A DNA stretch of 60,842 bases, filler included. It is 6 parts of 6 records of this genome, joined end to end, with 100 filler letters (N's around TTAATTAATTAA, not from the genome) between each part and the next. Parts side by side here need not be neighbours in the genome. Positions count along the whole stretch, not along the records: positions 24,298 to 33,859 come from SRR31156797_249; positions 33,960 to 44,767 come from SRR31156797_250; 4 more parts are not named here. One strand, 5' to 3'. How positions within the stretch are numbered: position 1 is the stretch's first letter; the number at the start of each line of letters is the position of its first letter. A program made the translations under genes and the position numbers. Of the stretch, positions 30,796 to 41,027 are shown piece after piece. The notes below the pieces were generated by a model. The model did not search any database. It saw only the letters and a list, made by a program, of their open reading frames with translations, and was not told the DNA's origin.

Positions 30796-31389
30796 ATGCC
30801 CATTAAAATAAAGCTTCTATTGAAAAAAAATAAGGTCTCGCCGATGTATCCCCTGCTTCAGCAAGGATTCCAGGTCACTGCAAAGGTCGGCTGCGACATT
30901 CAGAGCCTTATGTGCGACCAATTAGGAATGATGCCCGATTACTTATCCGATCGAATCAGTACAATTTTTCTTAATGGCAAGCCTGTGGATGACGTTGCAT
31001 CGGCAATTGTGAACGACGGTGCCACGCTGGCGCTGTCAGCTGCCATGCCCGGGTTGGTGGGCGCAACGTTTCGAAAGGCCGGATGCCTGGCATCTTTTAG
31101 GGGGTCGATTACCTACCGGGAAGCATCGGATTATCCTGCAGTCCGCCAGGAAGGTACCGTCACCCTGAAACTGTTTAATTTGCTTATTAATGAAATCGGG
31201 CCGCTTTTCTTGGAGTATGGCATATGGATCCAGGGCCGCCATTTACTCAAGACAATTGAACTCGACAACGGAAAAAACATTAAAAAAGTTGAAAAGAATG
31301 GCCGGGAAATAGATAAAAGCAGGCTATCCGCTCAGGACTGGATTGCTGCCGATGCCCGAACGTTCCTCCAGGTCATTTTTGAGCCTTAA
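30796..31389 (+). CDS. Hypothetical protein with MoaD/ThiS-like (beta-grasp) segment
   Basis: IFLNGKPVDD...VNDGATLALSAAMPG resembles the VNG...L-x-DGD-x-V-x-x-x-PP-x-x-GG end of sulfur carriers; AAGGAAG RBS. Confidence 0.6.
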   Translation: MPIKIKLLLKKNKVSPMYPLLQQGFQVTAKVGCDIQSLMCDQLGMMPDYLSDRISTIFLNGKPVDDVASAIVNDGATLALSAAMPGLVGATFRKAGCLASFRGSITYREASDYPAVRQEGTVTLKLFNLLINEIGPLFLEYGIWIQGRHLLKTIELDNGKNIKKVEKNGREIDKSRLSAQDWIAADARTFLQVIFEP

Positions 31390-31454
31390 ACAACACGATC
31401 AAGTTTCGCAGAGAATGTCTTCTCCCTCTATAGGCCAAAGTATAAAAAACCGCC

Positions 31455-32615
31455 ATGATCAAAGCCGAAACAATTCAATTAAATGATGAATTCTCATTAG
31501 AATCCGGAAGACGTTTAGGTGAGAATCTAATTAAAAAATTAGGTGTCGTGCCAGATGCCTGCTGGCTATTCTGCTCTCCTGATAAAAACCTGGACGCCTT
31601 GGTCAAAGGTGTTCACGAGTCGATCGACATACGAAACCTCATCGGTTGTTCAACCGCCGGAGAAATCTCAACCGATGGTTTTAGTATCGGATCCGCCGTT
31701 TTGGGTGGCATCGTTTCCGATCAGATCGATTTCGAAACAGTTGTCTGCCATGATATCAGCAGAGACAACGAAAGCGCAGGCCGAAAAATTGCATCGGCCT
31801 TTACCGATTCTGTCCGTTATGTGCAACTATTTTCCGATGGTATTACCGGAAATGGCAGCGCTATTTTAAGAGGTATGGCTTCTGTCTTCCCAGAACACAT
31901 ACCCGTATCGGGTGGCACTTCGGGCGATGCCGGAATGTTTTTGAAAACATGGCAATTTTTAGGAGGCCGGGTTTTTACCGATTCGGCAGTGGCCATCGGT
32001 TTCAGCGGTGATTTTAAGCTGGGGACCGGCGTGTGGAGTGGCTGGTCACCCATCGGGTTGCCCAAAAAGGTGACACGCTCGGAAGGCAATGTTCTGTATG
32101 AACTCAACGGCGAACTGGCCCTGAACGTTTTCGAGCGCTTTTTGGGTAAACATGCCAGAAAGCTCCCGGCCGTTGGTGTAGAGTACCCGTTGGGACTGAT
32201 TGGACAGGTTGAAGATGATGACAAAGAGAATCTTCTGCTACGTGCGACCATGTCAGTAGACCATAATCAAGGATCGATCCGCTTCGCCGGCGAAATCCCC
32301 GAAGGTGCCATGGTTTATCTGACTTGCGGGGATCGAACATCTCTGTTGGATGGCACCCAAAAGGCAGTTCGATTGGCCATTGAAGATCTGGGAGCGCCTA
32401 TCCAGCCCTCTGTTGCATTTTTCTATTCCTGTATGGCCCGCAAAATTCTTTTGGGATTGCGTACCAAGGAGGAAATTGAGCAGGTTCGCTCCCAGTTTAG
32501 CTCGGCTGTCCCAATCCTTGGGTTCTACACCTATGGTGAATATAGCCGTATTAAGGGCAACGGCCCAAGCTTGTTACACAACGAAACCGCAACGTTATCC
32601 TTGATCGGGGTATGA
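31455..32615 (+). CDS. FIST (NosP-like) sensory domain protein
   Basis: IGCSTAGEI, SGGTSGD, SGWSPIG, YSCMARK and GFYTYGEY...LHNET. Confidence 0.9.
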   Translation: MIKAETIQLNDEFSLESGRRLGENLIKKLGVVPDACWLFCSPDKNLDALVKGVHESIDIRNLIGCSTAGEISTDGFSIGSAVLGGIVSDQIDFETVVCHDISRDNESAGRKIASAFTDSVRYVQLFSDGITGNGSAILRGMASVFPEHIPVSGGTSGDAGMFLKTWQFLGGRVFTDSAVAIGFSGDFKLGTGVWSGWSPIGLPKKVTRSEGNVLYELNGELALNVFERFLGKHARKLPAVGVEYPLGLIGQVEDDDKENLLLRATMSVDHNQGSIRFAGEIPEGAMVYLTCGDRTSLLDGTQKAVRLAIEDLGAPIQPSVAFFYSCMARKILLGLRTKEEIEQVRSQFSSAVPILGFYTYGEYSRIKGNGPSLLHNETATLSLIGV

Positions 32616-32618
32616 CTG

Positions 32619-33859
32619 GTGTATCGCACTAAAAAATTACTTAAACAAATAAGTGACTTACAGGAACTTCTCGAAGTTTCTGAGCGTAAAGCCGACATCC
32701 TCACCAACCTGCTCAAAGAGGCGGGAGCAGAGTACGACCAGACCCTTCAAAAGACCCAGGTGTCCGAGGCGAACTTCCGGGCCATTTTTGAATATGCGCC
32801 CGAGGCTATCTACATTATTGACATAGATACGCACAGGATTCTTGATTGTAACCCTTTTTTTGAAAAATGGCTTGGATACACATTGAACGATTTGCGTTCC
32901 ATGGATCTGGAAGATGTTCTGGCTCCAGGTGCGGCTCAAGTTGAGGAAAACATCCAAAAAGCCGTCGACAAAGGATCGGTTTATGTCAATGAACGCCGAT
33001 TCAAGAAGAAAGACGGTACGGTTGTCGATGCCGAAGTGACGGGAACGACGATGGTGTATGAGGGACGTAAAAGATTCATGGCCCTTATTCGTGATATCAC
33101 TGAGCGGAAGCAGATTGAAGCTCTGTCACGGTATAAAGAACTCTTCGAAAGCGTTAGTGATGCCGTCTTTATCAATGACGCACAGGGACGCTTTTTAGAG
33201 GTCAACGATGTAGCCTGCAATTGCCTGGGATATTCCAGAAGGCAATTCCTTGGTCTCACCCTGCGGGATATGACCAGTCCGGATCACCACGATGTATTGC
33301 AGCAGATGAGCCGCCGGATTAAGTCAGAGGATCATTCTTATCAATTCGAACTCAGCTTACTGAGTCGCAAAGGTCTGTCAATACCGTTCGATTTTCAGGG
33401 GCGGCTCATTTCATACCGGGCAAGGAACGCTTTTCTAAGTGTGGCCAGGGACATGAGTGTGCGCAAAAAACTACAGGAGACACTGATAAAAACCGAGCGG
33501 TTATCCGCTTTCGGAGAAATGGCCAGCGGCGTGGCACACAACTTCAACAACCTCCTTCAGATGATCATGGCCGGTGCCGAGGCGGCGCAAACCAAGCTAG
33601 AATCGGGAAATATCCTGGATTGTCAGGAGGCCATTCACACGATCATTTCCGCCTCTCTGCGAGGCGCGGATGTGGTTCGACGGATAAAAGATTTCACCCA
33701 TTTATCGACGGACAGCGCGGAAAAAGGCCAAATTTTCAATTTGGAATCGTTGGTGACCGAGGTCATTGAACTGACGCAACCGTTGTGGAAGCCGCCATCC
33801 ACACCCCGCAAATATAAGCTTAATTATGAAAAAAAAGGCGACTGTTTTATCAAAGGTAA
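32619..33859 (+). CDS. PAS-PAS sensor histidine kinase (3'-truncated)
   Basis: Two PAS/PAC repeats and a GEMASGVAHNFNN H-box. Confidence 0.9.
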
Positions 33860-33959
33860 NNNNNNNNNNNNNNNNNNNNNNNNNNNNNNNNNNNNNNNNN
33901 NNNTTAATTAATTAANNNNNNNNNNNNNNNNNNNNNNNNNNNNNNNNNNNNNNNNNNNN
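33860..33959. other. Artificial contig spacer
   Basis: N44-TTAATTAATTAA-N44. Confidence 0.99.
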
Positions 33960-36461
33960 ACTGTTTCAATGGGTGATGCTGACGAATTAATGGAAGAAGA
34001 AAGTTCAGGAATTGGTTCACGAAATGGTCGATCAGCGGCAATGCCTGCCAAAAAGATGAAAAAAGAAAGAAGTATAGAATCAGATAAGGCAATTGTGACA
34101 GATGGACTGGCAAAAGATCAGCCTGCAAAAAAACCGCAGATAAGAAAGAATTTTCAGGAAACTGCATTTTTCATGCCGGTTCTTAAAACTAATTCTAAAG
34201 GTGAGATAATCATTGCTTTTGAAGTGCCTGATTCACTTACAAAATGGCGTTTTATGGGACTCGTTCACACAAAAGACCTAAAGATCGGACATGTGGAAAA
34301 ATATGCTAATACAGTGAAAGAACTGATGGTGACTCCAAATGTTCCAAGATTCTTAAGAGAAGGGGACTCTGTCATCCTAAGCACAAAGATATCTAATATG
34401 AGCGAAAAGAAGATGAGCGGAATTGTCAAGCTTGAACTGTTTGACTCTCTTTCAATGAAGTCTCTTGATAAGGACTATGGAAACCTTCAAGCTCAAAAAG
34501 AATTTTCAGTTGATAAACAAGGAAACACGAGTGTTGACTGGAAGTTAAAAGTTCCAATGAATACAGGAACTCTTACATGGAGAATCGTTGCCAGCAGTGG
34601 TGAGAAATCTGATGGTGAGGAAAACGCATTACCTGTTCTTTCAAACAGAATGATGGTGACCGAAAGTCTGCCTCTGCCGATAAATGGTAAAGAGAAAAAG
34701 AGCTTTAAATTTAAAAAACTTATTGATTCAGGATCTTCAAAAACTATTTCAAACCACCAGCTTACTTTAGAATTTACCAGCAATCCCACATGGTATGCGG
34801 TTCAAGCTATCCCTTATCTTGTTGAATATCCTTATGAATGTGCTGAACAGATCTTTTCAAGGCTCTATGCAAACAGTCTTTCAATGCACATCGTTAAGAA
34901 AAATCCTGTAATAAAGAAGGTTTTTGATAAGTGGAGAGGGACTGATGCAATGCTTTCAAATCTCCATAAAAATCAGGAGCTTAAATCTGTTCTTCTTAAA
35001 GAGACCCCATGGGTTCTTGACTCTCAGAACGAAGCGGCAAATAAAAAGAGACTAGCTAATTTCTTTGAAACTCAAAAGATGCAGAAAGGGCTAAATAGAG
35101 CTGCAAAGAAACTTAAAAGAATGCAGGCATATAACGGTGGATGGCCATGGTTTCCGGGGTTTCCTGAAAGCTGGTATATTTCTCAGCATATAGTTTCAGG
35201 GTTTGGTAAGCTTAAGAATATGAAGGTAAAGCTTGATGACTCCGTTTCCAAGATGTCCAGAAAGGGTGTTCACTATATTGATGGCAAGTCAAAAGAGAGA
35301 TACGAATATCTTAAAGCACACAAGATCGATCTTAACAGAAAGAATATCGGATATATGGAAATACACTATCTATATGCGAGAAGTTTTTTCAAAGATGTGA
35401 AAATGAGACCTGCAAATAAAGAGGCTTTTAATTACTGGCTTTCTCAGGCAGAAACATACTGGCTTGGAGAAACTCCTTATATGAATGCGATGGCTGCGGT
35501 TGCACTTTATAGGCATGGAAAGAAAAAGATCGCAAAGAAGATCGTTGAATCGCTAAAAGAGCGTGCGATATATAGTGAAGAGCTTGGAATGTACTATAAG
35601 GAGAATATGGGCGGTTATTACTGGTATCAGTTTCCAATAGAGACTCAGGCAACGATCATTGAAGCATTTGAAGAAATAACCGGAGAGCAAAAGACAGTTG
35701 ATCAACTCAAGCAGTGGTTGCTGAAAATGAAGCAGGTTCAGGGCTGGAAAACTACGAAGGCTACCGTAGATGCCGTCTATGCTCTTTTGATGCGCGGAGA
35801 CAACTGGCTCAAGAATAAAGGCGATGCTAAGGTTACTGTAGGAGGCGTTAAGGTAGAGCCCAAAAAGATGGGAGCCAAAGTTGAGGCGGGAACAGGTCAT
35901 TTTAAAGTGAAGTGGCATAAACAGGATATAAAGCCGCAGATGGGGCAAGTTACAGTTGAAAATCCAAATTCAAATCCGGCTTGGGGAGCGCTCTATTGGC
36001 AGTATTTTGAAGATCTTGATAAGATAACTTCTCATAAAACACCGCTTTCACTTGAAAAAGATATTTTCCTTGAAGTTAAGACTGCAACGGGAACAAAACT
36101 TGAAAAGGTGACCAAGGATACAAGTCTTGCTCCGGGGAACAGATTGAAAGTGAGAGTTGTGCTTAGAACTGATCGGGATATGGAGTATATTCATATGAGA
36201 GATATGCGTCCAGCGGGAACAGAGCCTGAAAATGTGATCTCAAGACATAAGTATCAGGATGGACTTTGGTATTATGAGTCGACAAAAGATACTTCGACTG
36301 ATTTTTTCATGGAAAGGCTGAACAAGGGAACATATGTTTTTGAATATCCGCTGATGGTCAACCTCAGAGGCGACTTTTCAGCTGGTATCACAACAATTCA
36401 GTGCATGTACGCACCTGAATTCACATCTCATTCAAAGGGAGTCCGGGTGGAGGTAAAATAA
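33960..36461 (+). CDS. Bacterial alpha-2-macroglobulin, C-terminal part (5'-truncated)
   Basis: [27 protein letters not shown], thioester motif [14 protein letters not shown] and CMYAPEF. Confidence 0.92.
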   Translation, partial: TVSMGDADELMEEESSGIGSRNGRSAAMPAKKMKKERSIESDKAIVTDGLAKDQPAKKPQIRKNFQETAFFMPVLKTNSKGEIIIAFEVPDSLTKWRFMGLVHTKDLKIGHVEKYANTVKELMVTPNVPRFLREGDSVILSTKISNMSEKKMSGIVKLELFDSLSMKSLDKDYGNLQAQKEFSVDKQGNTSVDWKLKVPMNTGTLTWRIVASSGEKSDGEENALPVLSNRMMVTESLPLPINGKEKKSFKFKKLIDSGSSKTISNHQLTLEFTSNPTWYAVQAIPYLVEYPYECAEQIFSRLYANSLSMHIVKKNPVIKKVFDKWRGTDAMLSNLHKNQELKSVLLKETPWVLDSQNEAANKKRLANFFETQKMQKGLNRAAKKLKRMQAYNGGWPWFPGFPESWYISQHIVSGFGKLKNMKVKLDDSVSKMSRKGVHYIDGKSKERYEYLKAHKIDLNRKNIGYMEIHYLYARSFFKDVKMRPANKEAFNYWLSQAETYWLGETPYMNAMAAVALYRHGKKKIAKKIVESLKERAIYSEELGMYYKENMGGYYWYQFPIETQATIIEAFEEITGEQKTVDQLKQWLLKMKQVQGWKTTKATVDAVYALLMRGDNWLKNKGDAKVTVGGVKVEPKKMGAKVEAGTGHFKVKWHKQDIKPQMGQVTVENPNSNPAWGALYWQYFEDLDKITSHKTPLSLEKDIFLEVKTATGTKLEKVTKDTSLAPGNRLKVRVVLRTDRDMEYIHMRDMRPAGTEPENVISRHKYQDGLWYYESTKDTSTDFFMERLNKGTYVFEYPLMVNLRGDFSAGITTIQCMYAPEFTSHSKGVRVEVK

Positions 36462-36462
36462 A

Positions 36463-36960
36463 ATGATGAAAGCCATTAAAGCAGACATTACAACTTTACA
36501 GGTCGACGCAATTGTAAATGCAGCCAACAACTCTCTTCTTGGTGGAGGTGGAGTTGATGGCGCAATTCATGAAAAGGCTGGACCTCAGCTTTATGAAAAA
36601 TGCAGACGTCTGGACGGTTGCGAAACTGGTGATGCAAAAATTACAAAAGGTTATGATCTTCCGGCAAAGTTCATCATTCATACTGTCGGGCCGATTTGGC
36701 GCGGAGGAACAGATGGTGAAGAAAAGATCTTAGCAGGTTGCTATAGAAGAGTGATGGAGCTTGCAAAGGAAAATGGCGTAAAATCAATAGCCTTTCCTTC
36801 GATCAGTACAGGTGCCTATAAATATCCTATAGATCTAGCTGCTAGAGTTGCTGTTAGAAATGTAACGAAATTTATCGAAAATAATGACTATGATATTGAT
36901 GTGATCTTCTGTTGTTTTTCAGATAGAGATGTGGAAGTTTATAATAGAATTCTCAATTAG
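36463..36960 (+). CDS. Macrodomain O-acetyl-ADP-ribose deacetylase (YmdB-like)
   Basis: [28 protein letters not shown] and [10 protein letters not shown]. Confidence 0.93.
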   Translation: MMKAIKADITTLQVDAIVNAANNSLLGGGGVDGAIHEKAGPQLYEKCRRLDGCETGDAKITKGYDLPAKFIIHTVGPIWRGGTDGEEKILAGCYRRVMELAKENGVKSIAFPSISTGAYKYPIDLAARVAVRNVTKFIENNDYDIDVIFCCFSDRDVEVYNRILN

Positions 36961-37415
36961 AAGGGAAGATCGTCATCATCATCTTCAAGATCAACAACTG
37001 GAGAAGCTGGAGCCTGAGGTTTAGTAGTCGGTTTTGAGTTTCCGCCTGACTGATATGTTCTTTCTGAGTCCTGTGAATCTTTCATATCAAGAAATCTTAT
37101 AAGGTTTGAAACAACCTCAGTTATATATTTGTCGTTTCCTTCTTTATCCTGATAAGAGCGAGTCTGAATACGGCCTTCAACAAAAACAAGAGAACCTTTT
37201 TTTACAAACTTGGAAACGTTCTCAGCCTGATTTCCAAAAACTACGATCTTATGCCATTCAGTTTTATCTTCCCAGCTATCGCCCTTTTTTACACTTTCAG
37301 ATGTAGCAAGAGAAAAGTTGCATACTGCAACACCGGAATTTGTATATTTCTTCTCAGGATCTCTACCTAATCTTCCAAGAAGCATTACTTTGTTTAGACT
37401 ATTAAAAGAGCTCAT
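36957..37415 (-). CDS. ssb: Single-stranded DNA-binding protein
   Basis: [30 protein letters not shown] and an acidic DDDDDLPF tail. Confidence 0.97.
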   Translation of the reverse strand: MSSFNSLNKVMLLGRLGRDPEKKYTNSGVAVCNFSLATSESVKKGDSWEDKTEWHKIVVFGNQAENVSKFVKKGSLVFVEGRIQTRSYQDKEGNDKYITEVVSNLIRFLDMKDSQDSERTYQSGGNSKPTTKPQAPASPVVDLEDDDDDLPF

Positions 37416-37427
37416 ATTGTCCTCCTG

Positions 37428-38618
37428 TTATTCTTCAAGTTTAGTTTTTTCAGGCACCTTCTCTCCCAAAAGAGTAGAGATCATCATGTTGGCATTCTGA
37501 TTAAGACTGCTTTCAAGGCCTGTTACATCATTATCAAAACGGTATGCAGTGTTTCCATTAATTATTTCAAGCATATTTTCCATGAACTTGTTGATAGGTC
37601 TGTTAAACTGCTCATCAAAGATAATTCCGGAAATAAATCCTGCAAGCATTAAAAGAACAGCAATGAGAACAAGTGTTCCGTGTTTAGAAACAATAGGCTC
37701 AAGAAGATCGTCAATTGAGGTCAGAGTTATATAGAACATATCGTTTGCATCAGAAAGAGACGGGTGCCTGGTCAGACTTGCGTAGTAGTTCTCACCATTA
37801 AGAGATATTTTTATCTGGTGAACCTTTCCTGTTTCCTCATCTACCTGCTTTATAAGACCTGAATGAGATCTGATATAGGATTTAAAGTTCTCATGAAGCT
37901 CTGTAGGCATTGTGCTTCCCAAAAGAGAGTCTTTTGTGAAAAAACCGAAAAAGAGCTTGGTCGATTTGTTAAGAGAAGCTTCTGCTGTAAGGCTTGACAT
38001 AACTTCTTTTGCAGTCTCAGAGTTTACAATGTCAGCTGAACAGTATGCTCCGACAATTTTTCCGTCTTTTTTCATAGGTGCGGCAGTAACTTTGTAAGTT
38101 TTTCCGAGCATTCTGATGATGTCTCTGTTAGAAGAACCTTTTAATGCTGAAGATATGAGAAGTTTGTTAAGAAGATTCTTCCCGCGGAGAGTTCCGTCGA
38201 GGTTCTTTGAAACAACATTTCCATAAATATCAACAACAAAGATAGCATCGTTCTTATCATACATCTTGTTAATAACATTCAGCTCAACCTGAACATTCTG
38301 CTCGATCTTTTTTATAATGGCCTTAGCATCGCTACTGACTTTTGTTGTGTCAGAAGTGTTAGCTGAGATCGCATCCTCCCAAGCTTTAACATCAAAGGCA
38401 GCAAGAAGCTCTTTCTTTTCAGCAAGAGTTTCAGCGTCTCTGACAGCTTCGATCTCATCAGCCTTGTTAATGTGTTTATAAAGCGCGACCGTTTGAGATA
38501 CAGTGTTTTTAGCAGACTCTTTTAAATTGCTCTTGATGTAGTTTACAAATAGATAATTTGCACTGAAAAACATCACAGCTGTCAATACAAGTGTCAGTAA
38601 AAAGATCTTAAGTTTCAT
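37428..38618 (-). CDS. Two-TM membrane protein with Cache-like periplasmic region and terminal HAMP-like segment
   Basis: TM1, IFVVDIYGNVV...AAPMKKDGKIVGA, TM2, then RPINKF...NGNTAYRF...NANMM; no output domain. Confidence 0.6.
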   Translation of the reverse strand: MKLKIFLLTLVLTAVMFFSANYLFVNYIKSNLKESAKNTVSQTVALYKHINKADEIEAVRDAETLAEKKELLAAFDVKAWEDAISANTSDTTKVSSDAKAIIKKIEQNVQVELNVINKMYDKNDAIFVVDIYGNVVSKNLDGTLRGKNLLNKLLISSALKGSSNRDIIRMLGKTYKVTAAPMKKDGKIVGAYCSADIVNSETAKEVMSSLTAEASLNKSTKLFFGFFTKDSLLGSTMPTELHENFKSYIRSHSGLIKQVDEETGKVHQIKISLNGENYYASLTRHPSLSDANDMFYITLTSIDDLLEPIVSKHGTLVLIAVLLMLAGFISGIIFDEQFNRPINKFMENMLEIINGNTAYRFDNDVTGLESSLNQNANMMISTLLGEKVPEKTKLEE

Positions 38619-39231
38619 CGTTCCTCCTGTCCAGCAGGACCATCCTGTTTAAAATAGAATACCTGCCTGTAGCCACTATTGAGATACTCTTTGAAAGTAT
38701 CTTATGCTCCTGGACCAGGATTCTGTTCTTGAAAATTTCATATGTATCGCTTTCCATACGCTCAACAGCGGTCTGAATAATTATAGGACCGCCATCTAAA
38801 GTTTCATCAACGAAGTGAGTAGTGCATCCTGAAACTTTTACTCCATAGTCGTAAGCCTGCTTTTGGGCATTAACACCTTTGAAAGAGGGTAAAAGCGAGG
38901 GGTGAATATTTATGATTTTCCCCTTATATCCGTTTAGAAAAATATTGCCGAGTATCTTCATAAAACCGGCAAGTACAATAAGATCTGTTCCGTATTGAGC
39001 AATAGCACCAAGAAGTCTAAGTTCGTAATCGGCTCTAAGCTCATTCTTGTTCTTGGGAACTACGATCGTTTTTATGCCTTGAGCTTGTGCTTTTGCAATC
39101 CCACCAGCGTTCACTTTGTCTGAAAGAACAAAGCTTATCTCGTCAACACCTTCAAGCTTATTTTCTTTAAAGTTGTTTAAAATTGCAGACATATTTGTTC
39201 CGGAACCGGAAATAAAAATACCTATTTTCAA
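38608..39231 (-). CDS. purN: Phosphoribosylglycinamide formyltransferase
   Basis: ISGSGTN, LAGFMKIL, NIHPSLLPSF and HFVDETLDGGPII. Confidence 0.96.
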   Translation of the reverse strand: MKIGIFISGSGTNMSAILNNFKENKLEGVDEISFVLSDKVNAGGIAKAQAQGIKTIVVPKNKNELRADYELRLLGAIAQYGTDLIVLAGFMKILGNIFLNGYKGKIINIHPSLLPSFKGVNAQKQAYDYGVKVSGCTTHFVDETLDGGPIIIQTAVERMESDTYEIFKNRILVQEHKILSKSISIVATGRYSILNRMVLLDRRNDET

Positions 39232-40169
39232 AGGTTTCTCTCCTCAAAAAATTCGATCAGATCACTTCTGGCCGGAGTTTTTTCCGGACCTTTCCTATCG
39301 CCTGTAAATTTGTAAGCCTTCTTTTCCTTGGAGTTAATGCGCCATAGGTAATTGAACTTTTGTTTTTCAAGCGGAAGCATTTTGATCTCCGGAAGCTTAT
39401 AGCTAATTCCATCCTTAGAAGATTCAAGAGTTGTTATGCATCCTTCTCCAAAAACTTTAAAAAATGCATATTCCAGGTTGACCTTGCATTGAATGCTTTT
39501 TTCTTCGACAAAGATATCAAGTTTTTTTAAGATGTTATCGTCATTGTAGCATTTTAGTTTTCTTTCTTTCTTTGAAGCAACTATGAGTTCGTACTTTATG
39601 GGACATTTGACCTTTTCGTTTTCGGCCTTTTTCATAAAGTATATCGGTATGCCAATAGGTACTCGGCACTCTTTTTCACAATTCCTCACCGGCTCTTTAT
39701 CAAGAGCCTGATAAAGCTGGATCTTGTTGGAGGACTGGTTTATAACAACCTTTGCAGTCGGTCCCTCGATAAGATCGATCTTTGCGGTATAAAGAAGATT
39801 CGGTTTAAAATATCGTTTGTACTCAGATTTTGGCTGAAGTGTCGTATACGATACTGCTTTCAGGTCGATTGAAATCTTGTGTTTGCCAGGACTTATCTTG
39901 TAAACGGTTATGCAGTTATTGTCCTTAGGCTTAAAAGATGTAAATGGAAGATCATCGACAAGCAGCCTGAACTTTCTGATGTATAAGTCGCTATCTTTAA
40001 ACTTCTTAAACCCGAGATCCTTTGCCTTATCTTCATCATCTGTTGACATCAAATATGGAACTCCATCCTTGAAAACGCAGAGCTTAACCACAGCAGTTTT
40101 CATTTTTGCTGTAATCGAAAATGTAGCAAAAGCAATAACAATGAAAATGGAAAAACGCATAAAATTCAC
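39228..40169 (-). CDS. Hypothetical secreted, Lys- and Cys-rich protein
   Basis: Signal-peptide-like N-terminus; 313 aa; overlaps the purN start. Confidence 0.65.
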   Translation of the reverse strand: MNFMRFSIFIVIAFATFSITAKMKTAVVKLCVFKDGVPYLMSTDDEDKAKDLGFKKFKDSDLYIRKFRLLVDDLPFTSFKPKDNNCITVYKISPGKHKISIDLKAVSYTTLQPKSEYKRYFKPNLLYTAKIDLIEGPTAKVVINQSSNKIQLYQALDKEPVRNCEKECRVPIGIPIYFMKKAENEKVKCPIKYELIVASKKERKLKCYNDDNILKKLDIFVEEKSIQCKVNLEYAFFKVFGEGCITTLESSKDGISYKLPEIKMLPLEKQKFNYLWRINSKEKKAYKFTGDRKGPEKTPARSDLIEFFEERNL

Positions 40170-40305
40170 AGTTGCTCCTCAACTAACGATCAGTTAATAC
40201 CCAGTGGATAAGAATTATATATTAAGTAACAGATTTGTAAATAAAATTATATATAGGCAGTGGATATAAGAAAATAAGAGAAAGATTTTGGGAATTGACC
40301 AATTT

Positions 40306-40314
40306 TGTTATACT
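40306..40314 (+). promoter_or_regulatory. Putative extended -10 promoter of the rph-aro operon
   Basis: TG-T-TATACT, followed by GGAGG (40333-40337) and TTG 40344. Confidence 0.45.
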
Positions 40315-40343
40315 GTCGGCGAACTGATCCTTGGAGGTTAAGC

Positions 40344-41027
40344 TTGAGAAAATGTTATTTTGAAAAAGATGTTTTGTTAAACCCTTTCTCTTCTGTTATT
40401 GTCAAATCGGGAAATACAAAGGTTCTCACAGCTTTAACTGTGGAAAACTATGTGCCAGGACATGTGCCTGAAGGAAGAGGGTGGCTGACAGCTGAATATT
40501 CTCTTATGCCCGGATCAACTTCCTCAAGGTTTGGAAGAGAGCGTAAGAAGATCTCCGGAAGAACAGCTGAGATCCAGAGGTTGATAGGGCGGTCTCTTAG
40601 AATGGCCGTGGACCTGTCAAAGATCCCGGGAATAACCATGCTGATAGACTGTGACGTAATGGATGCGGACGGTGGAACCAGAACTGCTTCAGTTAATGGC
40701 GGAATGCTTGCCTGTGCCATCGCTTCAAAGAAGCTGGTTAAAGATGGAGTTTTAAAAGAAAATCCTCTAAAAAGGTGGATCGGGGCAATAAGTGCAGGTG
40801 TTGTAGACGGCAAGGTAGTGATAGATCTTGATTATGAATTGGATTCAAGAGCAGATGCAGATTTTAATTTTGTCTTTTGTGAAAATGGTAATATAATCGA
40901 AGTGCAGGGCACAGCAGAGAAAGAAGCTGTAAGTGACGAAGTCTTTTCAGAGCTTCTTGTTGGTTCAAGGCGTTGTGTGATGGATATTATTCGTGAAATG
41001 AAGACTGTTGCAGGGTATAAAAAATGA
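40344..41027 (+). CDS. rph: Ribonuclease PH
   Basis: GWLTAEYSLMP, SGRTAEIQRLIGRSLR, DCDVMDADGGTRTAS and IEVQGTAE. Confidence 0.93.
   Translation: MRKCYFEKDVLLNPFSSVIVKSGNTKVLTALTVENYVPGHVPEGRGWLTAEYSLMPGSTSSRFGRERKKISGRTAEIQRLIGRSLRMAVDLSKIPGITMLIDCDVMDADGGTRTASVNGGMLACAIASKKLVKDGVLKENPLKRWIGAISAGVVDGKVVIDLDYELDSRADADFNFVFCENGNIIEVQGTAEKEAVSDEVFSELLVGSRRCVMDIIREMKTVAGYKK

Noticed and set aside
32613-32660. Selenocysteine readthrough at the FIST stop codon
   Set aside because: No convincing SECIS hairpin follows the TGA, and the position is an inter-domain junction rather than a catalytic Cys site.
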